From Mobula hypostoma (lineage: Eukaryota): a stretch of DNA of 64,000 nt. Numbering within the stretch: position 1 is the first letter of the stretch; each line of letters begins with the position of its first letter. The notes under the pieces were generated by a model that saw nothing but the letters and a program-made list of their open reading frames with translations, was not told the origin of the DNA and did no database searches. Made by a program: the position numbers and the translations under genes. The stretch spans positions 17,174,001 through 17,238,000 of the forward strand of contig NC_086108.1 in NCBI RefSeq assembly GCF_963921235.1, written 5' to 3'. Shown piece after piece: positions 60,780 through 64,000 of the stretch.

Positions 60780-62655
60780 TTTTGATCTTCCAAACGTGGC
60801 CTAACCAAGCTTTGTACAGCTACAAATGGCTTTCCACCTCAATCCCAATGCAGGTTTTGACCTGAAATGTTGACAATACCTTTCTCTATTGTTCTCTCAG
60901 TACAGCCCTATTCTGAAGCTGTCTTCTGTTCCTAAACTCCCTACCATAGGAAACACCACCACATTCACTCTATTGAGGCCTTCAACATTTGATGGCTTTT
61001 AATGAGATCTCCCCTTATTATTCTAAATTCCAGAGAGTACATGCCCAAAGCCATCATCACTCCTCATCTAATAACTCTCTCAAATGTCAGCACATCCTTC
61101 ATGAACTAACGGGCCCAAAATACACTCAATACTCCAAGTGAGGCATCAACAGTGCCTTGTAAAGTCTATTATATCCTTGCTGTTATATTTTAGTCCCCTC
61201 GAAAAGAATGCTAGCATTGCATTTACTTGCTCACCAATGACTCAACCTGTAAATTAACTTTTGGGAAATCTTGCACAAGGTCTCGCAAGTCATTTTGCAC
61301 TTAAGATTTTTGAATTTTCTCCCCATTTAGGAAATAGTCTATACTTTTATTCTACTAAGTTGTATGACCATACATCCCTACACTGTATTCCATCTTTGCC
61401 CTTTCTCCTAATCCAAGTCCTTCTGCATCCTTCCTGCTTCAACACTATTTGCCCCTCCACCCACCCATCTTTGTATTGTTCACAAACTTTGCTACAAAGC
61501 CATTCTGTCATCCAAATCATTGATATAAAACATAAAAAGTGGTCCCAGCACTGACTCTGCTAGTTCACCAGCAGACAATCAGAAAAGGCTCCCTTTATTC
61601 ACATTTGTCTCCTGCCAATCAGTGCTCTATTATTTAGAAGCTTGTGTGGCACCTTGTCAAAGCCCCGAAAATCAAAGCAGCCATCTACCAATTCTACTTA
61701 GTCTATCGTGCTTATTTTCTCAAAGAATTCTATCAGATTTGTTGGGCAAGATTTTCTCAAGATAGCCATGCTGAACTTGGCCTATTTTATTATGTACCTC
61801 CAAGTACCCTGAAACCACATCCTTAACAATCGACTCCAACATCTTCTCAACCACTGAGGTCAGGCTAAATGGCCTACAATTTTCTTCCTTCTGTGTCTCA
61901 GTGTAATGACATTTGCAGTTTTCTAGAACCATGCCAGGATCTAGTACTTGAAAGATCAATACTAATGCCTCCACAATTTCTTCAGGTACTTACTTCAGAG
62001 CTCTGGGGGTTCATCTGGTCCAGGTGATTTGTTTCTCTTTACACCTGCTTTTCAAGCACCTCCTCCCTAGTAATAGCAATTGCAAGCACTCTGCCCCCTG
62101 ACATACTCAAACTTCTGGCATACACTCTCCAACACTGGTGTCTTCCACAGTGGTACAAAATACTTATTCAGTTTGACTGTCATTACTATCCAAAACTATT
62201 ATCTCTCCAGTGTCATTTTTGCAGTCTTAATATCTGCTCTCACTACTTTTATTCTTAATATCTGAAACAAAACTTTTGGTATTCCCTTGCTATTGTTGGC
62301 TAGCTTACCTTCATATTTCAACTCCCACCCCCATTATGGCTTTTTTAGTTGGTTTTCATGTTTCCAATATTCTAACTTCCCTCCAAATTTTGCTCTATTA
62401 TATTCCATCTTCTGCTTGCATGTTGGCTTTAACTTGTCAGCCTATGTTATCTTGCCTTTGGAATACTATGTTGGGATGTATGTATCCTGCAGCCTTTGAA
62501 TTTCTCCCAGAAATTCCAGCCTTTGCTGCTCTGCCATCATCCCTGCTAGTGTCCCCTTCCAATCAACTTTGGCTGGTCTCAATAATTCCCTTGCTCCACT
62601 GTAATACTGATACATCTGACTACTTTAGCTTCTCCCTCTCAAATTGCAGGATGAC
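60780..62655 (-). mobile_element. Degraded CR1 LINE
   Basis: NCRPFSLTSVVEKMLESIVKD...QHG remnant (ORF 61720-61974); similar to 28690-30535. Confidence 0.75.
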
Positions 62656-63060
62656 CACAGCCCATATTTCCAACTGATTATCCTCCTGAATCCAAGATTC
62701 CACCATTTTGTTTTTGTATTGTCAAATGTGTTCAGGGCTTGGTGTTTCGAAGATGTAAATCAGCCTTTGGGTTGGTGAGCCTGAAAGTTGAGTTAAGTGT
62801 AAATTGTTCAGAAGAGCAAGAGTTGGAGGCTGTCCATTTAGGAGTTAAGTATGCCTTTTTTTTGTAATAAAACCTGGGCAGAATCTGCCCTGGCTTAGAG
62901 TTGATTATTTGAACAGACAGAAATGAGGCTAAGTGGATGTGAATGAGCTGGAGTAATTCAATGAAATAACATGTTTCTGCTTTGAGGGGAGCTGCGTTTC
63001 CTCACTTTTCAGCAAACTGGGGTTTAATCCTGACCTCTGGTGAAAGGGTATCTAGATTAG

Positions 63061-63880
63061 GGCAGCAGAGTGGTATAGCTGTTAGACCTGCTGCCTCACT
63101 TCTACAATAAACTTGAAGGTTCAAAGTAAGTTTACTCTCCAAGTATGTATATGTCACTAAATACTACCCTGAGATTCATTTTCTTGCAGGTATTCATGGT
63201 GGAACAGAGTGCAATGAATTAATAGAAAAACCACACAGACTGAGAAATTGTGCAAATGCAGAATTAAATAATAATAAATAAATAACACAATGTGAGTTGT
63301 AAAATCTTTAAAAGTTAGTCAAGAGGTTCTGTTCAATGATTGACTCAGTTTTGTGTTAAGTGAATATGTCCATGCTGATTCAGGAGCCTGACAATTGAAG
63401 GGTAGGACATAACTTCTTGAACCTGGTGGTGTGTACCTAAGGCTCCTGTACCTCCTTCCCGATGGCTGCAGTGAGAAGAAAGCTAGTTGGGACAGTAGGG
63501 GTTCTTGGATGGATGCTACTTTATTGTGGATGTGCTCAATGGCGGGGATGGTTTTCTGTGATTAACTTGGCTGTATCGGCCACTGTTTTTCTGTTTTTGG
63601 GCATTGGTGTTTCTATTCCAACCAATCAAGATACTGACCTTGGCACTATCTGGAGTTCACATGTAACTGAACTTACCCCAGGATTTGCATCCAATCAGTT
63701 AACAGGCTTGGCAACTTGGAGCTACAGGGTGTATGTGGGTGGCAGGAGAACAAATGGTGGTTTGTGGGAGCTTGCATCATCTTCTGGTGAGCTCATGGGT
63801 TTCTGATAGATGCTCTGGTTTCTTTCCCACATGCCAGAGATGTGGAAATTAATTGCACACTGTAAATAGTCTCCCAGTGT
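63061..63880. mobile_element. Probable tRNA-derived V-SINE/HE1-like SINE (+), split by a minus-strand Rex1-like 3' fragment (~63115-63660)
   Basis: Head ggcagcagagtggtatagctgttaga...tgctgcctcac; core-like gggtttctg...tgctctggtttctttcccacatgccagagatgtg at 63797-63845. Confidence 0.5.
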
Positions 63881-64000
63881 GCTGGTGAGCCTAATTTCGG
63901 GGGGGGGGGGGAGTGTGGTGAGGTGTGAGAGCAGATGATGGCAATGTAGAATTTGTGTAAATCAGGTTCCCAACTTATTTCATGCCATGGACCCCTATTA

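Overview
Eukaryotic, repeat-rich vertebrate DNA, most likely from a cartilaginous fish (inferred from the repeat mix: CR1, Rex1/Babar, Penelope, Deu-SINE, V-SINE, Tc1, Tigger). There are two genuine genes in divergent orientation. (1) Syntaxin-6 (STX6) on the minus strand has 8 coding exons between 42901 and 6206. These give a 765-nt CDS (254 aa) with all exon phases consistent. Intron 2 is a minor-spliceosome AT-AC intron, and the probable 3' UTR runs to about 2770. (2) Intronless IER5 on the plus strand (58211-58966, 251 aa) has a compact TATA/GC/CCAAT promoter. Almost all other ORFs in the track are transposon debris or noise. Most notable non-coding observations: minimal type-I hammerhead ribozyme motifs in the 3' tails of Penelope-like elements; several Penelope insertions with 13-15 bp TSDs, two of which show twin-priming inversions at the same internal site; a young, doubly truncated L1 fragment flanked by a ~232-bp direct duplication; a ~200-bp hairpin nested in a Tigger element; and a Penelope element abutting the STX6 core promoter. 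Repeat boundaries were read by eye and are approximate unless a TSD or TIR is quoted.
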